Shown: piece by piece, positions 1 through 23,377 of the stretch
How positions within the stretch are numbered: the stretch's first letter is position 1
Layout: each line of letters opens with the position of its first letter
Assembly: GCA_963693365.1 (NCBI GenBank)
Contig: CAVNZM010000001.1
Span: forward strand, 16,239,840-16,303,839
Length of the DNA: 64,000 nucleotides
Source: Amoebidium appalachense
Taxonomy: Eukaryota; Protista; Ichthyosporea
Reading direction: 5' to 3'
The notes under the pieces: generated by a model
What the model saw: the letters and a program-made list of their open reading frames with translations, nothing else
Told to the model about the DNA's origin: nothing
Databases searched by the model: none
Translations under genes and position numbers: made by a program

Positions 1-286
1 TACGTGACCGTAAAACTGGCGTCACGTATAAATGAGCATGTGCACGTGCAAATGAGCATGTGACGTGGTAAGTAATGTGCACGTGCACACAGTAATATTG
101 AAGTGTATGTGCAAAGCGTTGTGTATATGATGTACATTATGTACACGCAGTGATATTGGTGTGCCCGTGCAGAGGAGCACGTGCACATAACATTGGCGTG
201 CACGTGTAAATGAGCATGTGCACGTGCAGATGGGCATGTGACGTAGTAAGTAGTGTGCACGTGCACATGAATAATAGCACACGTAC

Positions 287-1141
287 CAGCTCCACGGCAT
301 CCAGACTGTCCAGACCCAGGTCTTTGATGAAGTGGGCAGTGGGCGTGATCTGTACCACCACCATTGCATCATCAGTATCATATCCCCCCCCCCCCCCCCC
401 CCCCAAAACACACCCACACACACGCACACCTCCCATTTACAGGGACCACCCCTCCCCACCCCTTCCCCAACACCCCCCACCACCCACAAATCACGCATGC
501 GCACGCGCACACACACGCACACGCACACACATACGCACACACGTGCAAATCCGTCCCATAGAAGAATTTACCACAAAGCGGAGCCTACCAATCCGGGATG
601 TGACCAATGCAGGTTGTTGCGGGAAAAAGGGGGGGGGGGGGGGGGAGGGGGTTTTGAATGCGTCAAAAAGTACGAAGTACACAAGAACAAACGGATAACA
701 CGATGCAGAATGCAAGCCATACATAAAGAGTATGCATAATAATGAGCAGAGCCCATCCTCAGGGGGGGCCCACGTCATCCACAGTACCCGAGTTTCGACC
801 TATTCCCCTCGTTAACGAAACCCAACTCAGATACTGTTTCACTTGAACATGAGTAGGTCACCCGTCTTGGGGGGGGGGGGGGGGGGGTTGCGTTAGGTTG
901 AAGGCCTAGTAGAGCGCATGAGAACATGGTAAGCCGCATCGTGCAACACTTCACATATGACATCGACTGGGGATGGGGGGGGGGGGGGGGGGGGGGGGGG
1001 GGGAGATATATGGATGTTTGTGAAGCATACGAGCAGGGCGGGAACAGGCGGTACAAGAGCAAGTGGCAACTCCTTTAATTAAGTGAGAGACAGAGGTAGG
1101 GGCGTAGTGCGGGACACAGTAATGGTGGTGGTGGTGTGTGT

Positions 1142-1172
<31 letters not shown>

Positions 1173-1359
1173 GGGGGGGGGGAGAGGGGGGGGGGGGGAG
1201 CTACCAGTGCAAGAGCACGAGGGAGGGAGGGAGTGAGGAAAGGAGGACAGAGGAAAGAGGGTTAGAGATGGAGAGGGGAGCGGGGGGGGGGGGGGGGGGG
1301 GGGGAGAGACAGGTAGAGAGGGAGCGAGAGGGAGAGAGGTGTGCGTGTGTTTGGGGGCG

Positions 1360-1394
<35 letters not shown>

Positions 1395-1849
1395 GGGCAG
1401 GGGGACAGGGTATCCACTGCAGTGTAAGTAGGGTGTGGAAAAACAGTTGTCTGAGCCACAAAATACAGGGGCACGTCATGGCACACAGCTATGAGTAAGA
1501 TACAACGAGACACTCGGCAAACCGCAGAAGCATAACAGCTGCAACACACACAGAAGCTAACACAACCGACTAGTAAAGGAGCAAACCAGCAGGGGTGGGG
1601 GGTGGGGAGGGGGGGGAGCGGAGAGAAAGACACACAGTAATACATAGACGGACGCAGGCGTGTGTGTGTAGGCACGTGGGCTTTGTGGGTTCTCAGTATA
1701 AAAGGGTACGATTGGCACATCATACGACCACGAGAAAAATAACGAGTTCTTAACCTTACCGAGGGCTCCGAGATTGACAGCCCCCCCGACCTCCCCACAC
1801 ACCTTCCCCTCTTCCCCTCCCCCCCCCCCCCCCCCCCACCCAAAAAAAT

Positions 1850-1880
<31 letters not shown>

Positions 1881-1963
1881 TAAAATGATATCAGAGCCAA
1901 CAACGGCCAAAGGCCGGAAGAGGTTCCGAGTAATGCATACAGACGGACAATCCAAAAGGGAGA

Positions 1964-1998
<35 letters not shown>

Positions 1999-2676
1999 AG
2001 GAACAACTTCCGTGGAGAAAGGGGAGGAGGTAAGAGAGAACGAACAAGATAGAACATTAAAGAGGGGAGGAGGGGGGAGGAGGAGGGAGGGGCGGGGGCG
2101 GAGGGGAGAGAGCCAGAATACCAAGATAAGACCCAACCACAGCAATCAACTTGCAGGTACACGCAGAGGGTTGGAGCAGTAAAGGATGCACGAGAAGCAA
2201 GTTCACAGCACAGGGCCAGCCAAAAGTTGGTACTGCGGTAGACAGGTAACGGTGTGTTGTGTAGCCATACTGAATAATAAAAGTGTGCGAGTGTGCGTTT
2301 GCGTATGTCTGAGTTTATGTGGTACATTGTTACGTAGGGGTTTTTTGATGAGGAGTATGCAGGTATACGTACAGGTTCCAACCCCCCCCCCCCCCCCCCC
2401 CCCTCTGGTGTGACTGAGCAGGATGATGCTGTTGTATATAAAAAATGGAATAGTTTGACGCACACTGACACGCACACTCACAAGCACACGCACACGCACC
2501 TTGCTGCCGTCCAGACCCTCGTAGGCCTGCAGGACCTTGTACACGCGCTCCGGCACCTGCTCGCTTGGTGCGCTGTACCAGCGCAGCCCCCACGCTGCAG
2601 CCACACGCGAGCCTGTCTGTACGGCGACGTGGTTGCGTGCCACGGCGGCGGCCAGCGGTCGGAGAGAGGCGAACAT
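287..2676 (-). CDS. NDUFAB1: Mitochondrial acyl carrier protein (NDUFAB1/ACP1-like), 5' part; the gene continues beyond the window start
   Basis: Exon 2676-2500 (MFASLRPLAAAVARNH...ERVYKVLQAYEGLDGSK, Arg/Ala-rich transit peptide) and exon 349-287 (ITPTAHFIKDLGLDSLDAVEL) are joined by a phase-0 GT-AG intron. DLGLDSLD is the ACP phosphopantetheine attachment motif. Confidence 0.93.
652..868 (-). mobile_element. 5'-truncated copy of the poly(C)-associated retroelement, subfamily A
   Basis: Near-identical to 5339-5552 and 21606-21820. Ends GCATTCAAAA then a C-run on the minus strand; lies in the ACP intron, sense to the host. Confidence 0.85.
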
Positions 2677-3487
2677 GTTTGGTACTATTTGTGCCTGCGG
2701 CCCGTGTCTGGCTGTGAGTGTGTCTGCGTGTAGAAAGTCTCTCTTCCCGCGTGTCCGTCTACGTGCTCTGTGGCTCGTGTGCGACGTTTCATGACTGTCC
2801 CATGCTTGGAACCCCCCCATTCAGTATGAGAGAGCCATGGTCGGATCTACCTATATGTACTATTCTATTTTGAGCAAAAGTCAGGCTGCTTTATGTGCTA
2901 AATTCGGTCAGGCAAAAAAGTAGACATTGCAACCCCTATTTATTTTTTGTTTTTCTCCACCAATCAATAACACGATAAATATATATCTTGTGCCCTAGCC
3001 AATGATAAATTCATCTTTTATCCAATCGGCGCATAGCTGCTCTGACGTGCCGGCCGCGGCGGGGCTAGCTCAAAAAGCGGATTGCAAACTTGGCACTCTG
3101 TCTTACAAAACGAAAAAATTCTCTGTTTTGGAGCTCATTATTGTAGCGTTTATTTATTTTTTACATCCTCGCTTATAATAAATGGTTTAGAACCAAACGG
3201 TTTGTTACACCTACTAGCGTATTATTTGTTATGTCTCTTAGTCGCCCGCTGTGCATGTTGTAAGCACATCTGCTGCGGTCCCACTTAGGTTTCAAACCAC
3301 AACTCTCTCTCTCTCTCCGCCCTTAGCAAATATTCTGATCTTCCTTTGCGTAGGTGTGGAGAAGGGAAGAGCCTTAACGATATTTTGGAACACAATCATT
3401 TTTCAACTCCTTCTCTTACCTCTTTTTTGATCCCCGGGCCATCCTCATCACTCCCCCTTGCGCCAGGCCCGGGGCCCACCGCTCACC
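2677..3487. promoter_or_regulatory. Putative bidirectional promoter between the ACP and SH2 genes
   Basis: Divergent start codons ~810 bp apart. The region lacks long homopolymer and CA tracts and has CCAAT boxes near 2900, 3000 and 3022. Confidence 0.55.
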
Positions 3488-13167
<9,680 letters not shown>

Positions 13168-13363
13168 AGAGATGCTTTCCGCCCCCTTTCTTTAACATCC
13201 CTCCCTTCCCCTTTTTTTGGTACTGTTTTTCCCGTAATTTTTTTTAATGTGTTCGTTCTCCGCAATGCTTTTTTTCAGCCCTCTTTTCTTTAACATGCCC
13301 CCCTGTTTAAGTGCGGTGTAGTGATGAAATGTGGTGTAGGTGAACATAAGGTGGGATTAAGAA

Positions 13364-13406
<43 letters not shown>

Positions 13407-13959
13407 GGATGGGAATATGGGTGATTTGGGTGCAGCATTTATAATATGTGTCATGAATAATGCGTCCAAAGGAAACCGTTGTGTCTAAAGTACGAGTAGA
13501 ATACAGACCCGTGGGGCCTGCTTAGGGAACATGATTCATTATAGTGTGGTGGTTTATGTATTGCTGGTTTGCCTAGCTAATATATACTCTATTATTTTAT
13601 GAGCTCGAAATATGGGTACCTGTTTAAGTTACAATCATGCGCATCATTGAAAAGTTTACACACTTTAAATTACAAAATACATGTGCGCACACAACTTCAG
13701 TTCTTGTCAGCCATATTGCATATTTTTTTCATGATCGGCTTGTAGTTGCATAACATGTATCCTGTACAGACACAAACAAAACCTCAATGACATGCCGTTT
13801 TTTATGAGGATAGTGTTGCGGTGAAGTCAATTGAGCGTGCGTATTTGAAATCGCGCGCACAGCTCTTGCCAGCACTAGCCAATAAAAGCATTCCAATATC
13901 AGTAGGGTCATGGTATTGAGTTCTGTGCCATGTGACTGGCTGTGTTAGGTGGTTATGTC

Positions 13960-14009
<50 letters not shown>

Positions 14010-14345
14010 ACACACGTATATACGCCTGCGCGCGCACACACACATGTACACACACACACATGTACACACACACACACACAAGCACACGTACACGATCTAA
14101 TATCATAAACACAAGCACCTCAGATCTTCATTTGCTTCCATTGCCAGCGGCCGGGAGCCCTTATGGTATGTAGTAAGTACCCCCAACTCCGGAACGCGTA
14201 CGTCGACCCATAATCACTGAGTGCAGTCGCAATTTCATGCATGTTTGCACAACGGCCTGCATCATATACATGCCGGTTTCGATATCCCACACATGTAGTC
14301 TGGCAATTTCGTGTGACATCAAAAAAGCTCAGAGCTCACATCCTC

Positions 14346-14590
14346 GCTGCAGATACCGTCCGCGAATAAGAACCCCCCAAAATGTGGCCCGGGGGGCGGA
14401 ATCTTAGATTTTTTGGATTGTCGGGGTCAGAATCTTAATGGCGGGGGATCACCCAGTATGATTTACTCATCCGTCCGCTAATAAGATCAGCCCAAAACTT
14501 TCCGGGGGGGCAGAATCTAAAAAAAACCCTATTTTGCCGGGGGCGAAATCTTATTGGCGGGGGTTCTTATTTGTGGACGGTATCTGTAGC
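14346..14590. mobile_element. MITE, Tc1/mariner-pogo-like (TA|CCGT...ACGG|TA)
   Basis: ~32-bp inverted repeat GCTGCAGATACCGTCCGCGAATAAGAACCCCC / GGGGGTTCTTATTTGTGGACGGTATCTGTAGC, with internal subterminal AATCTTA..GGCGGGGG motifs. Confidence 0.75.
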
Positions 14591-14799
14591 ATGCGTTATC
14601 TGGCGCATTCATTGTGCAGAAACTTTGAGGGGGGAATGTGCTAAGTATGTATACGGTTCCTGGACCAACATGTACAATAAATCGTTCCCCTGGCTCCACC
14701 GTGAGACTCCCCCCTGACCCGTCAAGTTCCAGCGGAGGGACAACACTTGAAAAGATGTCAAAGGAGTTTGATAGAGAGAGTCTACTGGGGAAAGAGAGA

Positions 14800-14835
<36 letters not shown>

Positions 14836-16478
14836 GCGAGCACAGGTGTGAGAGAGCTCGAGAGAGCTCGAGAGAGTCTCTGAAAGACTCAGTAGAGTCG
14901 AGAGTCATAGTGAGAATGCACGTGATTACGAGAGAAACCCAGGGAGGTATACCGAATGGAAAGGCTTTAATAATAGATACTCTGAGGAAGTCTTCGACCA
15001 TGCAGAGACACTCTCAGAAAGACATATCTAGATCTTAACAGTCTGAGAGAGATCCAGAGAGCCTGAGACTTCGAGAGGAAGCTCTAGGGTGAATAGGGGC
15101 GGGGGGGGGGGGGGGGGGGGGGGGGGGGGAGGAGAGGGGGGAGGGGGGGCTGCTTGGGAAAGCCCGAGAGAGAATTCAGAGAGAAAGATCCGAGGCTCGA
15201 GAGAGAATCTGATCTAACTTACTAGTACTGGCTACGGGGGGCCTGGAGGGGGGGGGGGGGGGGGGGGGAGAATGGGTGAGAGGCCGTTCGAGAAAGGAAG
15301 AGGGAAAGTGAGAGAGAAAATGCCCGAGAGAGATCTAAAGCGAGAGACAGGCCTGAAAGGATGGGGTGGGTTCCCGGGGCCGGGGAGGTGAGGGGGGAGG
15401 GGGGGGATGGGCAGGAGCATCGAGCCCTACACCGTACGTGGCACTGCCGGATGCTATGAATGGTTTTGCCTATTTACAGCAATATCCTGTTTCGGACATT
15501 TCCAGATAAAGGAGAAGGTGCGCTCGAGAAATGGCATGGCCCGTACGCGTTTAGTTAACGTTAAGAACAAACGAACATGTGGAACCTGCACGAGCACTAA
15601 CGTCTGTGTCACTGAGCACATGTACACAAGGGCATTACATCTTCTCTGCCAGGCAAAAAAAAACAAACAAAAAAAAACAAACCGCTTGCACAAAATAAAA
15701 CAGAACGAACACTATCTTCCACACAACACGTACAAGGTTAGCGCGTTAAAATTTGGTGACAACCTCTGGGGTGCAAAACTTGACATCAAGAGTCTACATG
15801 ACATGCCATATAGATATACTGATCAAAAAGAAGAAAAAACAGAAGAAACGAGAAACTTAAAAATAAAAAACATGCGCACAACAAAACACCCTAATGGCCA
15901 CACACAGCAGCCATGAACAGATATGCGGTTGATGTATGGCAATAATTGGGTTACGGTCTTGGTGCGATGCAATTGGTCGCCCACTGTAGCCGGGGTGCTG
16001 TTGTAGGTTACAGCCAATGGCGACCCAAGGCTTGAAATTGCGGCAACCAATCAGTTTTCTTTGCACGGCTATATATCGCCGAAAAGTTGTTCACTCCCTC
16101 CCAACTCACACACCTATGCATCCGACCCCCCCCCCCCCCCCCCCCCCCAAAAAAAAACACCACCACCACCACACACACCGAAAACATGATCCCGCAGTGC
16201 CACAAAATTCTCAAGACACGAACTAGGGTTTTGTGCCAACCAATTGCGTAGACATGTACAGCCGCAACACCCATTCCACCATCCTTCGACCACATTTGTT
16301 TCTACCACCCCATAGTAGGTACACCACAACGAAGCAGGTGACTGTGTGCTCGTGGATGTCTGACACGTGTGTGTGTGTGTGTGGGTGGCGACCAAGAACG
16401 TGATGCACTGTACGAAAGGACCGACACACCAAGGACGGCAATCATTTGCTGTAACACCCCATCACGAGGAGGTGGCGT

Positions 16479-16509
<31 letters not shown>

Positions 16510-17466
16510 TGGCGCTATATAGACTGCAGTGCACGGAAACACAAACAAGGCATGCATGGGCAAGCATATCACAAACAAACACACACACACACAATAGCAA
16601 GGAACAGCGGCTGTCAAGGAGGGGTGAATGGGAAAAGGGGAAGCAATACAATGACGAAGCTCAAAATTACGACGGCAAGGTCTCAGGCAAATAAGCCCCC
16701 CTCCCCAAAAGGAGGACACCATAAAAGAAACTTGGTATATAGTATGTGTGTGTATTTTTTTTTCTTTTTTGGGGGGGGGGGGGGGGGTGGAATATGGACG
16801 TTGCACCATGACTATCGGGCTAGCCGCACATATCTATAAGTGACTCCCTTGGCACAAACACACATTCACCCCACCAACCCCATACACAATCTTCAGAGAA
16901 GCTCCCACACATAAAAAATAAAAACAAAGAAAACAGAAGGTGAGAGAGAGACTGAAAGACTTTCCCCAATACACAGAAAGAAAAACACAAGTAAAGCAGC
17001 CACCCACGTGCACACGCATATGCACATTAACACCGGCCATGCAACAACGACACACAAGCAACACCACCACGGGAGACATCATCACATACCCCAAGGCTGC
17101 CGTGTATGCATGTGTGTTTTTTGACATCAACTACAACACCAACTACAGACACGTACGTTCCCCCTCCCTCCAACATACCATATCCCCCCTCCCCCCCAAA
17201 AGCAAACACCTGCACAAACCACAAAACCCTTCTGTCCAATGGCCACCAACTCTTTGTCCCTTCCAAGGCAACCTCTCCACCACCAAGCCACCTGGGAGGG
17301 GAGAGGGGGGGGGGGGGGGAGGTTGGGGTAACAAAAGGGACAGAACCACACAGCCATGCCTGCCTGTTTCGGCAGCCGGAGAGAGTATTCTGAGAGTCTA
17401 GCCGCGGGTTTATTGCACGCCAGACCGTAACATTCGCAACATTCACGTATGGATGCACAGTGCGAT

Positions 17467-18527
17467 TTACTCGTCGTCCTTGCTGCCGGCAACGTTGCGG
17501 GTGTAGATGATCTGGCTGTGGTGGAGAACCACGGGCTTGATCAGACCCTTGGAGGCCATCTCGCGGAGGGCGGCGCGGGCAAGGGAGCCACCGAGCTTCA
17601 AACGCTCAGACACCACAGCGGGAGTGATGAGCTTGTAGGTGGGCACCTGTGTGTGTGTGTTTGTGAGTGTGGGCATGTATGTATGTGCATGTTATGTACG
17701 TAATACGAGTGTGTGCACACGTGTTTGTATATGGAATGTGCTGTACGCTAATGGAACATGTATAAGTGAGAGTGAGTGCATATTGCTTGCTTGTAGTGCA
17801 AGAGTAATGCAAGAACGGAAAAGGAACGCAGTGAAAAGAACGGGTAGCGTGGCGAGGTGCCGCCGTGCAAATACAGTGCAGTGATGATCTTCGTGCAAGT
17901 GTTAAGAAGCACGGGTACGTGAATGTGCACGCATGTGTAAGCGCGGTCGTACGTGTATGTGGACGTGTGTGTGCAGTTGACGTGTGTGTAAGGTGTGTTG
18001 GAGGGAGTGTTGCAAAGAAAGGAAAATAGTAAGTAAATGTGTACGTCGCTCCGGCTGGCCTCGTCTGTACTGCGCTGTACGCCTTGCACATTCGTTCCAT
18101 CCTGGCACTCTCTCTTGCTGCAAACTAAAACCGTGTATGCCCATAAACCAAGAACTGAAATACCCTACCCAAATAAACGTCACCCTAAACCGAACGTCTC
18201 TCTAACGGTCATTCACGGTCCCAAATAACCCTACACTACGCCGCCGCCCTGCCGTTCCTCTAAGCTTCTTATAGTTCCAACAGACATCGACAAGTTTACA
18301 TCTCTCCTCCACCATCCGACATCCCATGTTTCCATGTTTTCCCGTTCAGCCTCCAAGCAGGCACCGACCTCCTTGTTGAACTTCTCAAGGGTGGCCTTGT
18401 CGAACAGCACCAAGTTGTTCAGCTTGTCGCGAACCTTGCCCTTGGACCACTTCTTCTTCTTGGCCTTGCCACCGGCCGCGGCAGCCTTGGCAATCTGCTC
18501 CTTTGTCTTCTTCTCCTTGGGAGGCAT
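17467..18527 (-). CDS. RPS25: 40S ribosomal protein S25 (eS25)
   Basis: Exon 18527-18369 (MPPKEKK...[31 protein letters not shown]) and exon 17646-17467 ([30 protein letters not shown]...IYTRN), joined by a phase-0 GT-AG intron. Confidence 0.97.
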
Positions 18528-18901
18528 CTTCGCAGATGAGAGCTTTTCTGTGCACACGTGATGCACTGAAGAAAGGAATCGCTCTGGGCTCCCGTGTGTG
18601 TTTTGAGCGGCCCGGCCTGGGCGGCGGCCCGGCACAGAGTCCATGTACAACGACTACCGGACTGGTTGGTATTTCATCGCCGCCCGGATCTGGAGCCGAT
18701 CTAGCATCTGTCCTGCAGCCAATAAGATGTTATCTAGATCTAACCTTATCAGATAGACCTAAAATAGCTAAGCATAGCGTGATATGATTGGATGTAACAA
18801 TTGGCTCTCCGGCAGCAGCAAGCTGAACGGCGGCTGTGCTGTACAAACGTGAACGGCAGCTCAGTTTGTCTTTCTCTCCGGCCCCACGGTCCACCAGCAA
18901 A
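18528..18901. promoter_or_regulatory. Bidirectional ribosomal-protein promoter with 5'TOP-like pyrimidine tracts
   Basis: The RPS25 and RPL44 ATGs are 375 bp apart. CTTTCTCTCC near 18870 (+) and TTCCTTTCTTC near 18568-18578 (-) precede the respective start codons. Confidence 0.7.
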
Positions 18902-19777
18902 ATGGTTAGTCTCCATCCCAGAAAATCGGCTAGAATTTAGTAGCATCCAGGCGCTAGGGGCCACATCTGAACACATAAGCACTTCTTATACCGTACAAAC
19001 TTTACAGGAAAATGCTGGACGGATGCTTTTGGATATTGGAGGGGATACTCGTTGGGAAGAGTATGTGGACAAGTTCACGAGCATCAAACATGACACATGT
19101 TGAGACATGTTGATGGAAGCGAGATCCCTGGTTGGCATGGGGGGGGAGACGCAGCACCATGTGTGCCCAGAGGGGCTAAGACGCCAGTTGCTTTTTATGC
19201 CTCGGTCCAGACGGAAATCACAGAGCCTTTTCAATGTTCACACACAGTCCGACTCCCTGCAAGCACAGCTGGTGTCTGTCTTAGGGGATTAATTCGGCAA
19301 GCATATGCAGTCGGAGAGTCCTTGCAACAGATTTATTTTTTAGGCTGGACAGACGATCGGTGGAAACGCATACAACTCTTAACCGTGCCTCTTTCCGCAA
19401 TATCCAGTTAAGTTCGGAGAACATGCACATACAAGTTGCGTCGACACACATCACAGTATGTAGGGAGATTTACGGGATAAGTGACACCGACCGGTAGCTG
19501 CGTTGCCCTGGGGTGTGAAATTGTGGAGAAAGGAGGGTGGGTAACACCTTGGTTCATGTGTGAGGGTGGCCACTGATGACGGTGGGGGCTGTAGGTGAAC
19601 ATTCCGAAGACACGGAAGACCTTCTGCCCGTCGGCCAAGTGCCGTAAGCACCAGCTTTTCAAGGTGTCGCAGTATAAGGCCGGCAAGGCTTCCCTGTACG
19701 CTCAGGGTAAGCGCCGTTACGACAGGAAGCAGTCTGGTTTCGGTGGCCAGACCAAGCCCATCTTCCACAAGAAGGTA

Positions 19778-19821
<44 letters not shown>

Positions 19822-22108
19822 GCAGGAACAGGCAGGTGCAGCTGACGGAGGAGGGGCCTTGCCGACTTTGTACCAACCACCTGCACCATCTGTATGCCAG
19901 GACTGTATTTTTGGGGAACATAATCTTGCGGCGGGCAGCGTGTAGTACGGTTCCTCTTCTTCTCTTGCACTGAGTCGAGAGTATCTGATCTTACACGCTG
20001 AGTGAAGTTCGGCTTTTTCTGAGAGACCATTAGTGGATTGCGCAATCAAGCTGGTTTGGAGAATGCAGTCAGCAGTTCTAGTAGTAGTTATATAGGCACG
20101 GTCGACAAGGTCGGCTACAAACGGCTGACGTTGCTCGTTTCGGAGGACAAATAGCTAGAACCGACGAGATTAGTAGGGATGCACATAGCTAGGCAAATTC
20201 ATTGTAACCACGGCTACTCGTTTTCGATTGTACTGTGCCCGGCAGGCATCCTTACCGCCTCAGTATTTCTGTTATCCGGACATGGATCGTGGTGTTTCTC
20301 AGTTATGCCAGCAAACATCCATTTATCTTCCTGCGGCTACTGTCTAAGAGTATTGCTCTGCAGGAACATTTTCAGCATATGTGGGGGACATTCCTGTGTG
20401 CTGTTTCGTGTTTTCGAGTAAATGTGAGGGGATGCTATTATGCATTGTGCATCTGTGTATTCCTATTGTTTTGGTCTGACTGGCAGGCCCGTGGTCAGTT
20501 TAACTGCTTGTGTCATGGTGTGCTCACATGCGTATGCATACCCCTGTTTGTGAGTGAATGTGGGCATAATCTATGGGATACCATGGAGAGAAACTGAGGG
20601 AGAGAGGCTTGGGGAAGTGGATAGTATCGAAGTTCGGTAGTATTCTCTGTCGCACTTGTTGATGTGTGCTCCAGTTTACCTCATCTACATGCCCCTTTGC
20701 TTCAGTTCCAAAGAGAGACTGTTTTGAGTCAGTTGTATGTGTGTTGCTGTTACTTTCTTTAGGTTCCTTACTTGACTTTCCTCCGACCATCTTGTCCCTT
20801 GAAACAAACCTCTACCGCTTGGCGCTTTTTTCGGGCTTGCTGGCATGAATGGGAATCCTTTAAGTGGTGATCGAGAACCCTTCTAGTGGGTACATAGTGA
20901 ATGGAAATGGTTTTGTTGCACGTCGGTCCTTGTACGTTTTTCTGCCATGCTGTTGCCGTACATCTCTTCTCTCCTCCCTCCCTTTGCGTTTGTGGAGGAC
21001 GAACTCCGCCCATGTTGCCTGCTTTGTTTGTTCTGTGTGGCACTCGACCCTTCTGTTGCTCGTTGTGGTTGCATACTTTTATCGTACGCGTCTAACCTCC
21101 GACTCGCATCCATTCCCACACCACCATATCTGAAATTAGAGGAGTGCGTGTCTCTGTACCGTCTTGTTCAGTCGCTTTGCTGTGAACTAATACTGAAACC
21201 TCCCTTCCAACACAAAAAGGACAGGTTATTTTTCGTTTATATGTTCAAATAATATGTTCACACCCGTGTGGTCTTTGCAAGCATACAATCACCTGGTACC
21301 GTGTGTGTGTGGTGTTGCTCTTTATATTTTGAAACATGCTTCATGTCAGCGGCGCACCAGCACACATACACACACACACTTTCCTCGATACATTTTCTGT
21401 GTTATCTGCAGAATCTGTATAGTGTTGTCCATAGCGAATGTGTACGTCGTCCATGTAGCACCCTTATCACTGCCCCCCCCCCCCCCCCCCCCCCCCCTCC
21501 CCTCTCTGCTGATGTTGCATACTTGAATGTTTGTCTCTGCCTGTGTCCTGCACCATGCTTCTCATCGTGTATGTGTACTTCGTGCCGTGTACCGCATTCA
21601 ACCCCCAAGACGGGTGACCTACTCATGTTCAAGTGAAACAGTATCTGAGTTGGGTTTCGTTAACGAGGGGAATAGGTCGAAACTCGGGTACTGTGGATGA
21701 CGTGGGCCCCCCCTGAGGATGGGCTCTGCTTATTATGCATACTCTTTATGTATGGCTTGCATTCTGCATCGTGTTATCCGTTTGTTCTTGTGTACTTCGT
21801 ACTTTTTGACGCATTCAAAACCCCCCCCCCCCCCCCCCCCCCTCTTCTACACATACCTGCACACCTCTCAGCTGCACTCCCTTGTATACTTCTCACCTCT
21901 CGTCTGTGAGCTTCACTGCCATGGTACGTGTTTTCCGTATCACGGCAACTGACGTGCTTGCCACGCACAGGCCAAGACCACCAAGAAGATCTCGCTGCGC
22001 CTGGAGTGCTCCTCCTGCAAGCAGAAGAAGCAGATCAAGATCAAGCGCTGCAAGCACTTCGAGCTTGGCGGTGACAAGAAGCGCAAGGGTGTTGCCATCA
22101 ACTTCTAA
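18902..22108 (+). CDS. RPL36A: 60S ribosomal protein L44/L36a (eL42)
   Basis: ATG-only first coding exon 18902-18904 (CAAAATG|gttagt), exon 19595-19774 ([11 protein letters not shown]...[16 protein letters not shown]), exon 21971-22108 ([13 protein letters not shown]...[16 protein letters not shown]). Confidence 0.96.
21508..21820 (+). mobile_element. Tandem retroelement copies: short B (21508-21601) plus A (21606-21820)
   Basis: In RPL44 intron 2, sense strand, flanked by C-runs. Confidence 0.85.
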
Positions 22109-23377
22109 GCGCACCAGTAAACAGCCCTGCACGCTGCCTTGGCGCAGTGCTGCAGACAAGCAACACGCCGTTTCTCGCCTCCAAAACCTCTCTATGGGTT
22201 TGCACACACACACCACACGAGCTTCTTATACTTGCTGTCTGTCTGTCTTGCTCCTTTCCTATGTCGTCTTCATGCCTACTTCACTTCTGCCTTGCGCACA
22301 CTACACTCAACAAAGCCATTCTCCTTAATTGCTTCTTGCTCTCCTGTGCACATTTTTCTGCTTTCCCAACACCCCATTCTTGCTGTGCAAATCGAACGTC
22401 ATCATCATCGAACACTTGTGCTTCTCTTATGCCTCCCTCCGGTAGACAATTAGCAGGGGCAGCTTCACCGTGCTGTCCGTGTTATTATCACGGAGGATAG
22501 TGTCCCAGTGCATCTTTACAGGCCCGCCTTCTATGGTGGCGGGTCTGCTAAAGCCCTGGGAACAGCTCTTAACAATGATTACTTGTTGTTCTGTGTTTGT
22601 AGAACCCTACTTCATTATGCGTTTTGAGCATGATGTGTTTCTGTTGGTGTGGTGTTTGTTTTTTGTATGCCGAAGTGCTGTCATACTTCAATCGATGCAC
22701 CGTTTGTTGGTTGCTGAGTGTCTCCGACTGCAGCCTCATGGTTCGGAGGGACCCGTTCTGCTTGACTTGCATGGTGAATTTCGTGAGGCATTGCAGGGTG
22801 TTTGTGTGGAATAAACATGTTTGCACCAAAAAGGGTTTCCTTGTGCGCGAGTTCATTGCACAAGGTGTTATTGTAGTATGCACTGCATGTCAGTCTCTGA
22901 GTGATGCACTGAGATGACACCCCCGTTCAGTTCACAATGGTTTATAATTTTGTAGCAACGGTATTCAAGCAAGGCAGGGTCAAGCGGGGGATGGCACACG
23001 TCAAACAGCACAGGGCTATCTCCAACAGGCACACCCTAACATACACACGCACACAAACTGGCTGAGGCACCACACTTGTTCTATACGACGAGGTTTTTGT
23101 AACGGCTGCTGTAATCACGGAATCCAGCCACAAACTTGCACGTTGTACACTCGTTACTGGTTGGCTTTATCCCGCGGCTACTGTAGGATTTACGCCGGAA
23201 AAAGTGAGAAAGCAGCTATGTAATATTTATTACAATAGCTGATCTCATGCAGTGGCTCACTGCGGCTAAACGGGGGCGCACCTTTCAGTGAAGACGAAAA
23301 GCATTTCGTGGGCATGTTTCAAAGCTTGTGTATCTGCCTACCCAACGTTGACAACTCCGTGCCCTTCCTTTCAAGCA

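Noticed and set aside
19742-19762. Cycloheximide-resistance allele of eL42
   Set aside because: The sequence reads GGQTKP, the common Pro form, not the Gln variant.
19961-20026. Intronic C/D snoRNA in RPL44 (TCTC/GAGA ends, several CTGA)
   Set aside because: There is no RTGATGA C box and I could not match a guide to rRNA by eye; a snoscan or Rfam search would settle it.
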